Source: Azolla caroliniana
Taxonomy: Eukaryota > Plantae > Polypodiophyta
NCBI GenBank assembly: GCA_043228905.1
Contig: JBHGNT010000009.1
Span: forward strand, 7,006,001 to 7,070,000
Length of the DNA: 64,000 nucleotides
Direction of reading: 5' to 3'
Shown in pieces: positions 24,680 to 35,738 of the stretch. Each line of letters starts with the position of its first letter. Within the stretch, counting starts at the first letter, position 1. The notes under the pieces were generated by a model that searched no databases, was not told the DNA's origin, and saw only the letters and a program-made list of their open reading frames with translations. Made by a program: the position numbers and the translations under genes.

Positions 24680-27554
24680 CCATTGGTCAAACTCGTATAG
24701 GCTACATCTCTTCGGGTCTTTGTATCTAGTTTTGTTGATAAAAGCCTCTCAATCTCTCGCCTTGAGCATGATTTCCATGACGGACACGATGCCTTTCATC
24801 AATTCTTCTCCTTGAGTTCCGCTTGTCGAATCCATCGTTGTACTTGATATCCTCCCTACTGCCTCTTTCACGTCAGGTTCACCACTTAATTGTGTTGTGA
24901 AAATCCGTCACTATGTGCGGATCGTGAGACGGAACCGACGCGGTTCTGGACTAGAAGGATTTAGTGCAACATGTAGAACACAAGCAAGTTTTAAGCATAA
25001 GACAAGTGGGAGAGACAAATCATTCGTTTATTGCAAAAGAAAATCAATTCTTTATAATTTCAGAATTGTGTCACAATGGGTTGGGTATGGAAATGAGAGA
25101 ATAATTTTTCAAAGACAGGAGCCAACAACCATGCAAGGAGTGGTCCGATATGAATACGAGAGATAATTTTTGACAAGAAAGATCGAGTAAACAAAGCTAG
25201 GAGTTTGATATCAATATGTGAGATAACTTGTTTCTCGAATTCGAGAGGGAAGAATAAGGGAGAAAAAAAAACTAGAGGGAAAATATGGGATATATATCGA
25301 CCTCTTTGTTGATCCTCCCCAATGTTACTTTGCATGCCCACTTTTAGTTGCATGGCCTCTATTTTTAGTTGCATGGCCTCTACTTTTAGTTGCATGGCCT
25401 TGGCTTTTGGTTGCATGCGACTGTCCGTATAATTTGGCCAAATGACAAAATCATCCATAAAGTTTAGCCCGTGCACAGTCGCAAACCAAACTGTAGACGC
25501 GTCCGCGCGCAAAAGTCCCGATCACGCAATGTATGGATCCACGCACGCGCATGTCCAACCCGCACCATGTATCCGCACACACACACGTCCCGATCACGCC
25601 GTGTACGCATCCACGCATCCGTCTGAAACGTCCACGCGATTGTGCATATGCACGTACACCCAAAGCGTCAACACAACCATGCATGCGCGCATACGCTCGA
25701 AGCGTGCACACCACACAATGTAGCCCAAATCACCTTGAACATTCTGTGCTCCACACATTGATAGAATGAATATGTTTTGGTTTCCCTTATATATCTTGCG
25801 TTCCAATGTTGACCTATCTATGTGGGATATCTCACAGTTTTGTATTTTTTTCCTTTTTCTCTTCAAACTTCTCACTCACATAACTTGATACTTCTTTATC
25901 CAATTCATGCGTAGTAAAATACATTATGAAGGTCTTGAACACATCTATCTTCCCATATCAATACATTAAGCTAATCTTAAATAATTGTTTTACTAGTTTT
26001 CATATCGTGTGTGAAAAACCACACGACAACGCGGCAAAAGTTGGACCCAAAGTTAGAGAAATGTATCCTCGTGGGATACTCACTCAAACAGAAGGGGTAA
26101 AAATGCTACAACCCATCTATCCGTAAGGTTCGAACAAGTCGAGACGTAGTCTTCGACGAATACGCATCCTGGTACGCACCAAAGAATACTTCGACTCCAA
26201 CCCCGCTCAACGCGGATGACACTGAAATAGAAATAGAAGCCGGGGATCCGCTCTCACAGATTTTAGAAGACAACCCGATTACGACACAATTGAGTGGGCC
26301 ATCAGAGCTGTTGAGCGAGGAAAGCACATCTCGGCCGAGTCTGAAGCTAGACAAAGGGAAGGCGGAAATGCGGGAATATGAAGATCAGTTCGAATTCAAA
26401 TCAACCCACTCTCTTGATAGTGAGTTCGAAGGCCTTGACACCGGGATAGACGGCGTGAAGAAAGCTTCAGAATCCGTGAACGAAAAGCCACACCGGTCCA
26501 CCCGAGAGAAGAACCCCGTAAGCCGCTACGACTACAATGAGTACATGGCGTATCACTACGCCTTTATGATGAAAGTAGCGTTAGTATGGAAACTAAAAAT
26601 GCTTTCCGAAGCCACAAAGGATCCGTGATGGGTCGACAGAATGAATGAGGAGATGGAAGCTTTATGCAACAATGAGACATGGGATCTCGTTCCTCTCCCC
26701 CAGAACAAGAAAGCGATTGACTGCAGATGGATATACAAAGTAAAATACAATGCCGACGGATCCGTAAATCGCTTCAAAGAACAGCTTGTTGCGAAAGGCT
26801 ACGCACAAACGCACGGCATAGACTTCGAAGAAACCTTTGCCCCGGTGGCAAAGATGACAACTGTACGGACAATCACATCGAAGGGATGGCACCTTCACCA
26901 GATGGACGTGAAAAATGTTTTCCTCCAAGGAGGGTTAGAAGAAGAGGTGTACATGATACAACCACCCAGATTCGAATCGTGTAAGCATCCACATGCCGTT
27001 GTCGTGCCTTTCGGCTCCGGATCGTTTGCGTGAGTCGGGTGGGAACCACCGGGGTTTTGGACTAGGAGAAAGAAAAATACAAATAAGGCTAGTAAAGAAT
27101 AGGTATAAAGAGTTATAAGATAAGAATCTCGTGAATCCCACGAGTTTAGTATATTTAGTCAATATTTAGGTAGTAAGAGAGAATTATTTTAGCAAATTCG
27201 TGAATCCCACGAATATTTTAGATTGATTGATCATTATAGAAAAATAATCAACAAAAACTACAATGTGCTCCCCATCCTTATATAGTGATGGGAGAGACTA
27301 AGCATAGCTACATGCTTTTTCTAATACGTTCATGCACACTAAATGTGCATGTGATGCTTTTCTAATCCTTGCTTTTATTTGCTAAATATAGTGCTCATGC
27401 ACGCTAGATGTGCATGAGTCACTTTTTAGTTGCTTGCGTTTTTCTATAAAATATTCAAGCACTCTAAAAATGCACGATTTACCTTTTAATAAAGGTAGGC
27501 GCAAATAAAGCACTTATAGTTATTAAATCTATTTATAGAACACTAAAGATAAGG

Positions 27555-27610
27555 TAGCATAATGGTAAAGTTGAGGTTTGGCTACGTGGAGGTACAAGGT
27601 TCGAATCTTG
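27555..27610 (+). promoter_or_regulatory. tRNA-like Pol III internal promoter (A box + B box) in the LTR U3, antisense to the element; repeated at 30170, 32785, 35400 and 38015
   Basis: A box TAGCATAATGGTAA (27555), variable-loop-like GGAGGT, B box GGTTCGAATC (27598); tRNA-like 43-nt spacing. Confidence 0.65.
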
Positions 27611-27893
27611 CCCTATGCACGTGATAAGTATCTTGATATTCTTATTTTATTTATTTATATGTAATTAAATCGGTTATATTATTTTTACTTTTTCACGTAG
27701 TGTACGAAATACACTACGACACTCGCCCCCTCCGAACCCGCACATCCTCCGGTATGTGCCGAAGTTGCCGATGCTCGTTGTCTCCCCTTCATCCTCCGTT
27801 TGTCCCGCTATGTCAACTTTGTCTCTCCATTTTGAGTAGACCCATTCTTTCCACCCGAACCATTGTCGCCATCCGATCCACCATATTCTTTGT

Positions 27894-29576
27894 TCATTCG
27901 TGGTAGTGTCTTTTACTGGGCTCTTTCTTGTCTTCATCAACCTTGACTTTTTTTCCGGATCGCTCTCGTCCGATCAACTTTCGGTTTGATCGGCTTCCGA
28001 TCGGATTCGTATTCGGCCGAATCGGAATCGGTTGTTCGGTTTTGATTGAGTCGGTCTCCTTCCGGCCCGGTTTCGATCTATCGGTTTCGGTTTCGGTTGG
28101 CTTTCTTTTCCTCATTTTCACCAGCCTCGACCGGTCCAACCTCCGGTTGAGTCGGATTAGCTTCTTTTCGGATCGGTTTCGTCCGATCGGCTTTCGGCTA
28201 GGTCGGCTTCCATCCATATTCGCGTTCGGCCAAGTCAGACTCAGTCGATCGGTTTTGACCGAGTCGACCCCTTTTCGGGTCGGCTTTCTTTCGGATCGGA
28301 ATCCCGTCCGGATCACCTTCCATCCAAACCGGCTTCCGACTTTACCTTTCTTGCTGCCACCTCCCGTCTCTCCGGTCTCACGTTGGTTCTCGGACACAAC
28401 TGCCGAAGTCTCTAGAATTAGTGGGTAGGAATCCTCGGTATTATCATCCTCCATTGTTTCACCCATAGCCATATTCTCGGCTATCTCTCCGTCGTATGCA
28501 TCGACTTCGACCTTTGTTTTCTCTCCGCCACCTTCCGTCTCTTCGGTCTCACGTTGCCTTTCGAACGCAACCGCCGGAGTCTCTAGAATCAGTGGTGGGG
28601 AAGTCTCGATATGGCCATCCGTCGTTGATTCGTCCATAGCCACCTTCAATTCGATGTCATCTTTCGTGGTGACCTCCTCAATCAAGTCCTCCTTGCTCTC
28701 TTTCACTGCATCAATTATGCAAACATCAATTATGCTTACCCCTTTTTCACCCGATGTTTCGGACACTTGTATTCCGAAATCTTCTTCTACACTTGGGTTA
28801 TCGGCCTTATCCTTCACTGTCGTTCTTTCGCAAGACAAGAGGGTAGCTTGTTTTACACCCTCTTCCGTCACACCATCATGTTGTATTTTGGCCTTCATAT
28901 CGGCTCCATCGTTTGTCTTCAATCGACCATCCTTCATCGGCCATGTCGTTGACAAGATTCTCATCTTCCTCTCATCATGTCTCCGGCATACCCTTTGGAC
29001 TTCGGCCCAATTTTCGGTAAGACCATTCGTACCTTCATCGTCTTCGAGTTTGATCCCGATGTCCATCCTTTCTTTTCGATCGATCGATTTTACAAACATT
29101 AGGACTTTATCCTCCCCCACCAATCGTTGTTCCCGCTCCGAGAGTCGAGCAAGACGATGCTCGAACTCTAGGAATGCTTGTGTTGCACTTCGGTGGGTCT
29201 TCTCCGATGCCACCCATTCGTCGAATTCTCGCCGATCTTTTCCCTTTGATCTCTTGTAATCATATGCCTCTCGTAAAGCTTCTTCGAATGACCCCCATGT
29301 CGAGTTTTGTTGCCGTATCTTGTGGATTCTCTCTTGTAGCTCATCTGTGGCTACCCGACTAAAGGATGTCACTTGCAATCCTTCCGGTATCCCACATCGT
29401 ATCATCTCCGCCTTGTAGTCACGTAGATAGCGTGACACATCGTTTCCGTTGAATTGTCCGTTTCGTTGTACGAGCCGCTTTACTGCCCCCGTGATCTCCG
29501 ACATCACTCGTTGTTCTTGTAGCATCCGCTCGAACATCATCATCATCATGTTCATCGCCTCTTGTTGATTCTCCAT
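27894..29576 (-). CDS. Gag-like protein, 560 aa (capsid-like domain, acidic repeats, basic tail), array copy 1
   Basis: First ATG after the PBS is at 29576. FNGNDVSRYLRDYKAEM, VLMFVKSID and GLTENW align with autonomous Gag (FSGKDATKYLASYGAEM, VLLFVKLVD, GLTTDW). Confidence 0.85.
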   Translation of the reverse strand: MENQQEAMNMMMMMFERMLQEQRVMSEITGAVKRLVQRNGQFNGNDVSRYLRDYKAEMIRCGIPEGLQVTSFSRVATDELQERIHKIRQQNSTWGSFEEALREAYDYKRSKGKDRREFDEWVASEKTHRSATQAFLEFEHRLARLSEREQRLVGEDKVLMFVKSIDRKERMDIGIKLEDDEGTNGLTENWAEVQRVCRRHDERKMRILSTTWPMKDGRLKTNDGADMKAKIQHDGVTEEGVKQATLLSCERTTVKDKADNPSVEEDFGIQVSETSGEKGVSIIDVCIIDAVKESKEDLIEEVTTKDDIELKVAMDESTTDGHIETSPPLILETPAVAFERQRETEETEGGGEKTKVEVDAYDGEIAENMAMGETMEDDNTEDSYPLILETSAVVSENQRETGETGGGSKKGKVGSRFGWKVIRTGFRSERKPTRKGVDSVKTDRLSLTWPNANMDGSRPSRKPIGRNRSEKKLIRLNRRLDRSRLVKMRKRKPTETETDRSKPGRKETDSIKTEQPIPIRPNTNPIGSRSNRKLIGRERSGKKVKVDEDKKEPSKRHYHE

Positions 29577-30508
29577 CTCCTTGCCACCCGCCTTCACGTC
29601 GGGTTCACCAACTGTCTCGTGCCTTTCGGCTCCGGATCGTTTGCGTGAGTCGGGTGGGAACCACCGGGGTTTTGGACTAGGAGAAAGAAAAATACAAATA
29701 AGGCTAGTAAAGAATAGGTATAAAGAGTTATAAGATAAGAATCTCGTGAATCCCACGAGTTTAGTATATTTAGTCAATATTTAGGTAGTAAGAGAGAATT
29801 ATTTTAGCAAATTCGTGAATCCCACGAATATTTTAGATTGATTGATCATTATAGAAAAATAATCAACAAAAACTACAATGTGCTCCCCATCCTTATATAG
29901 TGATGGGAGAGACTAAGCATAGCTACATGCTTTTTCTAATACGTTCATGCACACTAAATGTGCATGTGATGCTTTTCTAATCCTTGCTTTTATTTGCTAA
30001 ATATAGTGCTCATGCACGCTAGATGTGCATGAGTCACTTTTTAGTTGCTTGCGTTTTTCTATAAAATATTCAAGCACTCTAAAAATGCACGATTTACCTT
30101 TTAATAAAGGTAGGCGCAAATAAAGCACTTATAGTTATTAAATCTATTTATAGAACACTAAAGATAAGGTAGCATAATGGTAAAGTTGAGGTTTGGCTAC
30201 GTGGAGGTACAAGGTTCGAATCTTGCCCTATGCACGTGATAAGTATCTTGATATTCTTATTTTATTTATTTATATGTAATTAAATCGGTTATATTATTTT
30301 TACTTTTTCACGTAGTGTACGAAATACACTACGACACTCGCCCCCTCCGAACCCGCACATCCTCCGGTATGTGCCGAAGTTGCCGATGCTCGTTGTCTCC
30401 CCTTCATCCTCCGTTTGTCCCGCTATGTCAACTTTGTCTCTCCATTTTGAGTAGACCCATTCTTTCCACCCGAACCATTGTCGCCATCCGATCCACCATA
30501 TTCTTTGT

Positions 30509-32191
30509 TCATTCGTGGTAGTGTCTTTTACTGGGCTCTTTCTTGTCTTCATCAACCTTGACTTTTTTTCCGGATCGCTCTCGTCCGATCAACTTTCGGT
30601 TTGATCGGCTTCCGATCGGATTCGTATTCGGCCGAATCGGAATCGGTTGTTCGGTTTTGATTGAGTCGGTCTCCTTCCGGCCCGGTTTCGATCTATCGGT
30701 TTCGGTTTCGGTTGGCTTTCTTTTCCTCATTTTCACCAGCCTCGACCGGTCCAACCTCCGGTTGAGTCGGATTAGCTTCTTTTCGGATCGGTTTCGTCCG
30801 ATCGGCTTTCGGCTAGGTCGGCTTCCATCCATATTCGCGTTCGGCCAAGTCAGACTCAGTCGATCGGTTTTGACCGAGTCGACCCCTTTTCGGGTCGGCT
30901 TTCTTTCGGATCGGAATCCCGTCCGGATCACCTTCCATCCAAACCGGCTTCCGACTTTACCTTTCTTGCTGCCACCTCCCGTCTCTCCGGTCTCACGTTG
31001 GTTCTCGGACACAACTGCCGAAGTCTCTAGAATTAGTGGGTAGGAATCCTCGGTATTATCATCCTCCATTGTTTCACCCATAGCCATATTCTCGGCTATC
31101 TCTCCGTCGTATGCATCGACTTCGACCTTTGTTTTCTCTCCGCCACCTTCCGTCTCTTCGGTCTCACGTTGCCTTTCGAACGCAACCGCCGGAGTCTCTA
31201 GAATCAGTGGTGGGGAAGTCTCGATATGGCCATCCGTCGTTGATTCGTCCATAGCCACCTTCAATTCGATGTCATCTTTCGTGGTGACCTCCTCAATCAA
31301 GTCCTCCTTGCTCTCTTTCACTGCATCAATTATGCAAACATCAATTATGCTTACCCCTTTTTCACCCGATGTTTCGGACACTTGTATTCCGAAATCTTCT
31401 TCTACACTTGGGTTATCGGCCTTATCCTTCACTGTCGTTCTTTCGCAAGACAAGAGGGTAGCTTGTTTTACACCCTCTTCCGTCACACCATCATGTTGTA
31501 TTTTGGCCTTCATATCGGCTCCATCGTTTGTCTTCAATCGACCATCCTTCATCGGCCATGTCGTTGACAAGATTCTCATCTTCCTCTCATCATGTCTCCG
31601 GCATACCCTTTGGACTTCGGCCCAATTTTCGGTAAGACCATTCGTACCTTCATCGTCTTCGAGTTTGATCCCGATGTCCATCCTTTCTTTTCGATCGATC
31701 GATTTTACAAACATTAGGACTTTATCCTCCCCCACCAATCGTTGTTCCCGCTCCGAGAGTCGAGCAAGACGATGCTCGAACTCTAGGAATGCTTGTGTTG
31801 CACTTCGGTGGGTCTTCTCCGATGCCACCCATTCGTCGAATTCTCGCCGATCTTTTCCCTTTGATCTCTTGTAATCATATGCCTCTCGTAAAGCTTCTTC
31901 GAATGACCCCCATGTCGAGTTTTGTTGCCGTATCTTGTGGATTCTCTCTTGTAGCTCATCTGTGGCTACCCGACTAAAGGATGTCACTTGCAATCCTTCC
32001 GGTATCCCACATCGTATCATCTCCGCCTTGTAGTCACGTAGATAGCGTGACACATCGTTTCCGTTGAATTGTCCGTTTCGTTGTACGAGCCGCTTTACTG
32101 CCCCCGTGATCTCCGACATCACTCGTTGTTCTTGTAGCATCCGCTCGAACATCATCATCATCATGTTCATCGCCTCTTGTTGATTCTCCAT
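30509..32191 (-). CDS. Gag-like protein, array copy 2
   Basis: Translation identical to copy 1. Confidence 0.85.
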   Translation of the reverse strand: MENQQEAMNMMMMMFERMLQEQRVMSEITGAVKRLVQRNGQFNGNDVSRYLRDYKAEMIRCGIPEGLQVTSFSRVATDELQERIHKIRQQNSTWGSFEEALREAYDYKRSKGKDRREFDEWVASEKTHRSATQAFLEFEHRLARLSEREQRLVGEDKVLMFVKSIDRKERMDIGIKLEDDEGTNGLTENWAEVQRVCRRHDERKMRILSTTWPMKDGRLKTNDGADMKAKIQHDGVTEEGVKQATLLSCERTTVKDKADNPSVEEDFGIQVSETSGEKGVSIIDVCIIDAVKESKEDLIEEVTTKDDIELKVAMDESTTDGHIETSPPLILETPAVAFERQRETEETEGGGEKTKVEVDAYDGEIAENMAMGETMEDDNTEDSYPLILETSAVVSENQRETGETGGGSKKGKVGSRFGWKVIRTGFRSERKPTRKGVDSVKTDRLSLTWPNANMDGSRPSRKPIGRNRSEKKLIRLNRRLDRSRLVKMRKRKPTETETDRSKPGRKETDSIKTEQPIPIRPNTNPIGSRSNRKLIGRERSGKKVKVDEDKKEPSKRHYHE

Positions 32192-33123
32192 CTCCTTGCC
32201 ACCCGCCTTCACGTCGGGTTCACCAACTGTCTCGTGCCTTTCGGCTCCGGATCGTTTGCGTGAGTCGGGTGGGAACCACCGGGGTTTTGGACTAGGAGAA
32301 AGAAAAATACAAATAAGGCTAGTAAAGAATAGGTATAAAGAGTTATAAGATAAGAATCTCGTGAATCCCACGAGTTTAGTATATTTAGTCAATATTTAGG
32401 TAGTAAGAGAGAATTATTTTAGCAAATTCGTGAATCCCACGAATATTTTAGATTGATTGATCATTATAGAAAAATAATCAACAAAAACTACAATGTGCTC
32501 CCCATCCTTATATAGTGATGGGAGAGACTAAGCATAGCTACATGCTTTTTCTAATACGTTCATGCACACTAAATGTGCATGTGATGCTTTTCTAATCCTT
32601 GCTTTTATTTGCTAAATATAGTGCTCATGCACGCTAGATGTGCATGAGTCACTTTTTAGTTGCTTGCGTTTTTCTATAAAATATTCAAGCACTCTAAAAA
32701 TGCACGATTTACCTTTTAATAAAGGTAGGCGCAAATAAAGCACTTATAGTTATTAAATCTATTTATAGAACACTAAAGATAAGGTAGCATAATGGTAAAG
32801 TTGAGGTTTGGCTACGTGGAGGTACAAGGTTCGAATCTTGCCCTATGCACGTGATAAGTATCTTGATATTCTTATTTTATTTATTTATATGTAATTAAAT
32901 CGGTTATATTATTTTTACTTTTTCACGTAGTGTACGAAATACACTACGACACTCGCCCCCTCCGAACCCGCACATCCTCCGGTATGTGCCGAAGTTGCCG
33001 ATGCTCGTTGTCTCCCCTTCATCCTCCGTTTGTCCCGCTATGTCAACTTTGTCTCTCCATTTTGAGTAGACCCATTCTTTCCACCCGAACCATTGTCGCC
33101 ATCCGATCCACCATATTCTTTGT

Positions 33124-34806
33124 TCATTCGTGGTAGTGTCTTTTACTGGGCTCTTTCTTGTCTTCATCAACCTTGACTTTTTTTCCGGATCGCTCTCGTC
33201 CGATCAACTTTCGGTTTGATCGGCTTCCGATCGGATTCGTATTCGGCCGAATCGGAATCGGTTGTTCGGTTTTGATTGAGTCGGTCTCCTTCCGGCCCGG
33301 TTTCGATCTATCGGTTTCGGTTTCGGTTGGCTTTCTTTTCCTCATTTTCACCAGCCTCGACCGGTCCAACCTCCGGTTGAGTCGGATTAGCTTCTTTTCG
33401 GATCGGTTTCGTCCGATCGGCTTTCGGCTAGGTCGGCTTCCATCCATATTCGCGTTCGGCCAAGTCAGACTCAGTCGATCGGTTTTGACCGAGTCGACCC
33501 CTTTTCGGGTCGGCTTTCTTTCGGATCGGAATCCCGTCCGGATCACCTTCCATCCAAACCGGCTTCCGACTTTACCTTTCTTGCTGCCACCTCCCGTCTC
33601 TCCGGTCTCACGTTGGTTCTCGGACACAACTGCCGAAGTCTCTAGAATTAGTGGGTAGGAATCCTCGGTATTATCATCCTCCATTGTTTCACCCATAGCC
33701 ATATTCTCGGCTATCTCTCCGTCGTATGCATCGACTTCGACCTTTGTTTTCTCTCCGCCACCTTCCGTCTCTTCGGTCTCACGTTGCCTTTCGAACGCAA
33801 CCGCCGGAGTCTCTAGAATCAGTGGTGGGGAAGTCTCGATATGGCCATCCGTCGTTGATTCGTCCATAGCCACCTTCAATTCGATGTCATCTTTCGTGGT
33901 GACCTCCTCAATCAAGTCCTCCTTGCTCTCTTTCACTGCATCAATTATGCAAACATCAATTATGCTTACCCCTTTTTCACCCGATGTTTCGGACACTTGT
34001 ATTCCGAAATCTTCTTCTACACTTGGGTTATCGGCCTTATCCTTCACTGTCGTTCTTTCGCAAGACAAGAGGGTAGCTTGTTTTACACCCTCTTCCGTCA
34101 CACCATCATGTTGTATTTTGGCCTTCATATCGGCTCCATCGTTTGTCTTCAATCGACCATCCTTCATCGGCCATGTCGTTGACAAGATTCTCATCTTCCT
34201 CTCATCATGTCTCCGGCATACCCTTTGGACTTCGGCCCAATTTTCGGTAAGACCATTCGTACCTTCATCGTCTTCGAGTTTGATCCCGATGTCCATCCTT
34301 TCTTTTCGATCGATCGATTTTACAAACATTAGGACTTTATCCTCCCCCACCAATCGTTGTTCCCGCTCCGAGAGTCGAGCAAGACGATGCTCGAACTCTA
34401 GGAATGCTTGTGTTGCACTTCGGTGGGTCTTCTCCGATGCCACCCATTCGTCGAATTCTCGCCGATCTTTTCCCTTTGATCTCTTGTAATCATATGCCTC
34501 TCGTAAAGCTTCTTCGAATGACCCCCATGTCGAGTTTTGTTGCCGTATCTTGTGGATTCTCTCTTGTAGCTCATCTGTGGCTACCCGACTAAAGGATGTC
34601 ACTTGCAATCCTTCCGGTATCCCACATCGTATCATCTCCGCCTTGTAGTCACGTAGATAGCGTGACACATCGTTTCCGTTGAATTGTCCGTTTCGTTGTA
34701 CGAGCCGCTTTACTGCCCCCGTGATCTCCGACATCACTCGTTGTTCTTGTAGCATCCGCTCGAACATCATCATCATCATGTTCATCGCCTCTTGTTGATT
34801 CTCCAT
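33124..34806 (-). CDS. Gag-like protein, array copy 3
   Basis: Translation identical to copy 1. Confidence 0.85.
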   Translation of the reverse strand: MENQQEAMNMMMMMFERMLQEQRVMSEITGAVKRLVQRNGQFNGNDVSRYLRDYKAEMIRCGIPEGLQVTSFSRVATDELQERIHKIRQQNSTWGSFEEALREAYDYKRSKGKDRREFDEWVASEKTHRSATQAFLEFEHRLARLSEREQRLVGEDKVLMFVKSIDRKERMDIGIKLEDDEGTNGLTENWAEVQRVCRRHDERKMRILSTTWPMKDGRLKTNDGADMKAKIQHDGVTEEGVKQATLLSCERTTVKDKADNPSVEEDFGIQVSETSGEKGVSIIDVCIIDAVKESKEDLIEEVTTKDDIELKVAMDESTTDGHIETSPPLILETPAVAFERQRETEETEGGGEKTKVEVDAYDGEIAENMAMGETMEDDNTEDSYPLILETSAVVSENQRETGETGGGSKKGKVGSRFGWKVIRTGFRSERKPTRKGVDSVKTDRLSLTWPNANMDGSRPSRKPIGRNRSEKKLIRLNRRLDRSRLVKMRKRKPTETETDRSKPGRKETDSIKTEQPIPIRPNTNPIGSRSNRKLIGRERSGKKVKVDEDKKEPSKRHYHE

Positions 34807-35738
34807 CTCCTTGCCACCCGCCTTCACGTCGGGTTCACCAACTGTCTCGTGCCTTTCGGCTCCGGATCGTTTGCGTGAGTCGGGTGGGAACCACCGGGGT
34901 TTTGGACTAGGAGAAAGAAAAATACAAATAAGGCTAGTAAAGAATAGGTATAAAGAGTTATAAGATAAGAATCTCGTGAATCCCACGAGTTTAGTATATT
35001 TAGTCAATATTTAGGTAGTAAGAGAGAATTATTTTAGCAAATTCGTGAATCCCACGAATATTTTAGATTGATTGATCATTATAGAAAAATAATCAACAAA
35101 AACTACAATGTGCTCCCCATCCTTATATAGTGATGGGAGAGACTAAGCATAGCTACATGCTTTTTCTAATACGTTCATGCACACTAAATGTGCATGTGAT
35201 GCTTTTCTAATCCTTGCTTTTATTTGCTAAATATAGTGCTCATGCACGCTAGATGTGCATGAGTCACTTTTTAGTTGCTTGCGTTTTTCTATAAAATATT
35301 CAAGCACTCTAAAAATGCACGATTTACCTTTTAATAAAGGTAGGCGCAAATAAAGCACTTATAGTTATTAAATCTATTTATAGAACACTAAAGATAAGGT
35401 AGCATAATGGTAAAGTTGAGGTTTGGCTACGTGGAGGTACAAGGTTCGAATCTTGCCCTATGCACGTGATAAGTATCTTGATATTCTTATTTTATTTATT
35501 TATATGTAATTAAATCGGTTATATTATTTTTACTTTTTCACGTAGTGTACGAAATACACTACGACACTCGCCCCCTCCGAACCCGCACATCCTCCGGTAT
35601 GTGCCGAAGTTGCCGATGCTCGTTGTCTCCCCTTCATCCTCCGTTTGTCCCGCTATGTCAACTTTGTCTCTCCATTTTGAGTAGACCCATTCTTTCCACC
35701 CGAACCATTGTCGCCATCCGATCCACCATATTCTTTGT

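Larger units (their letters stand above)
20311..26028 (-). mobile_element. Non-autonomous gag-only LTR element (tRNA-Trp PBS), family 1
   Basis: 5' LTR 24893-26028. PBS 24867-24884 (one mismatch). gag-like ORF 23078-24679. PPT 22973-22986. 3' LTR 20311-22972, interrupted at 20366-21521 and cut by Copia at 20310. No pol between the LTRs. Confidence 0.9.

Noticed and set aside
27548-27620. Functional tRNA gene
   Set aside because: No acceptor or anticodon stems can be formed, so it is reported only as a tRNA-derived promoter module (same for 46066 and 51982).
29577-29777. 67-aa hydrophobic N-terminal extension of the 627-aa ORF (signal/TM-like)
   Set aside because: It starts at a TTG inside the LTR and runs through the PBS. 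The first ATG is at 29576, so it is treated as an ORF-caller artefact.
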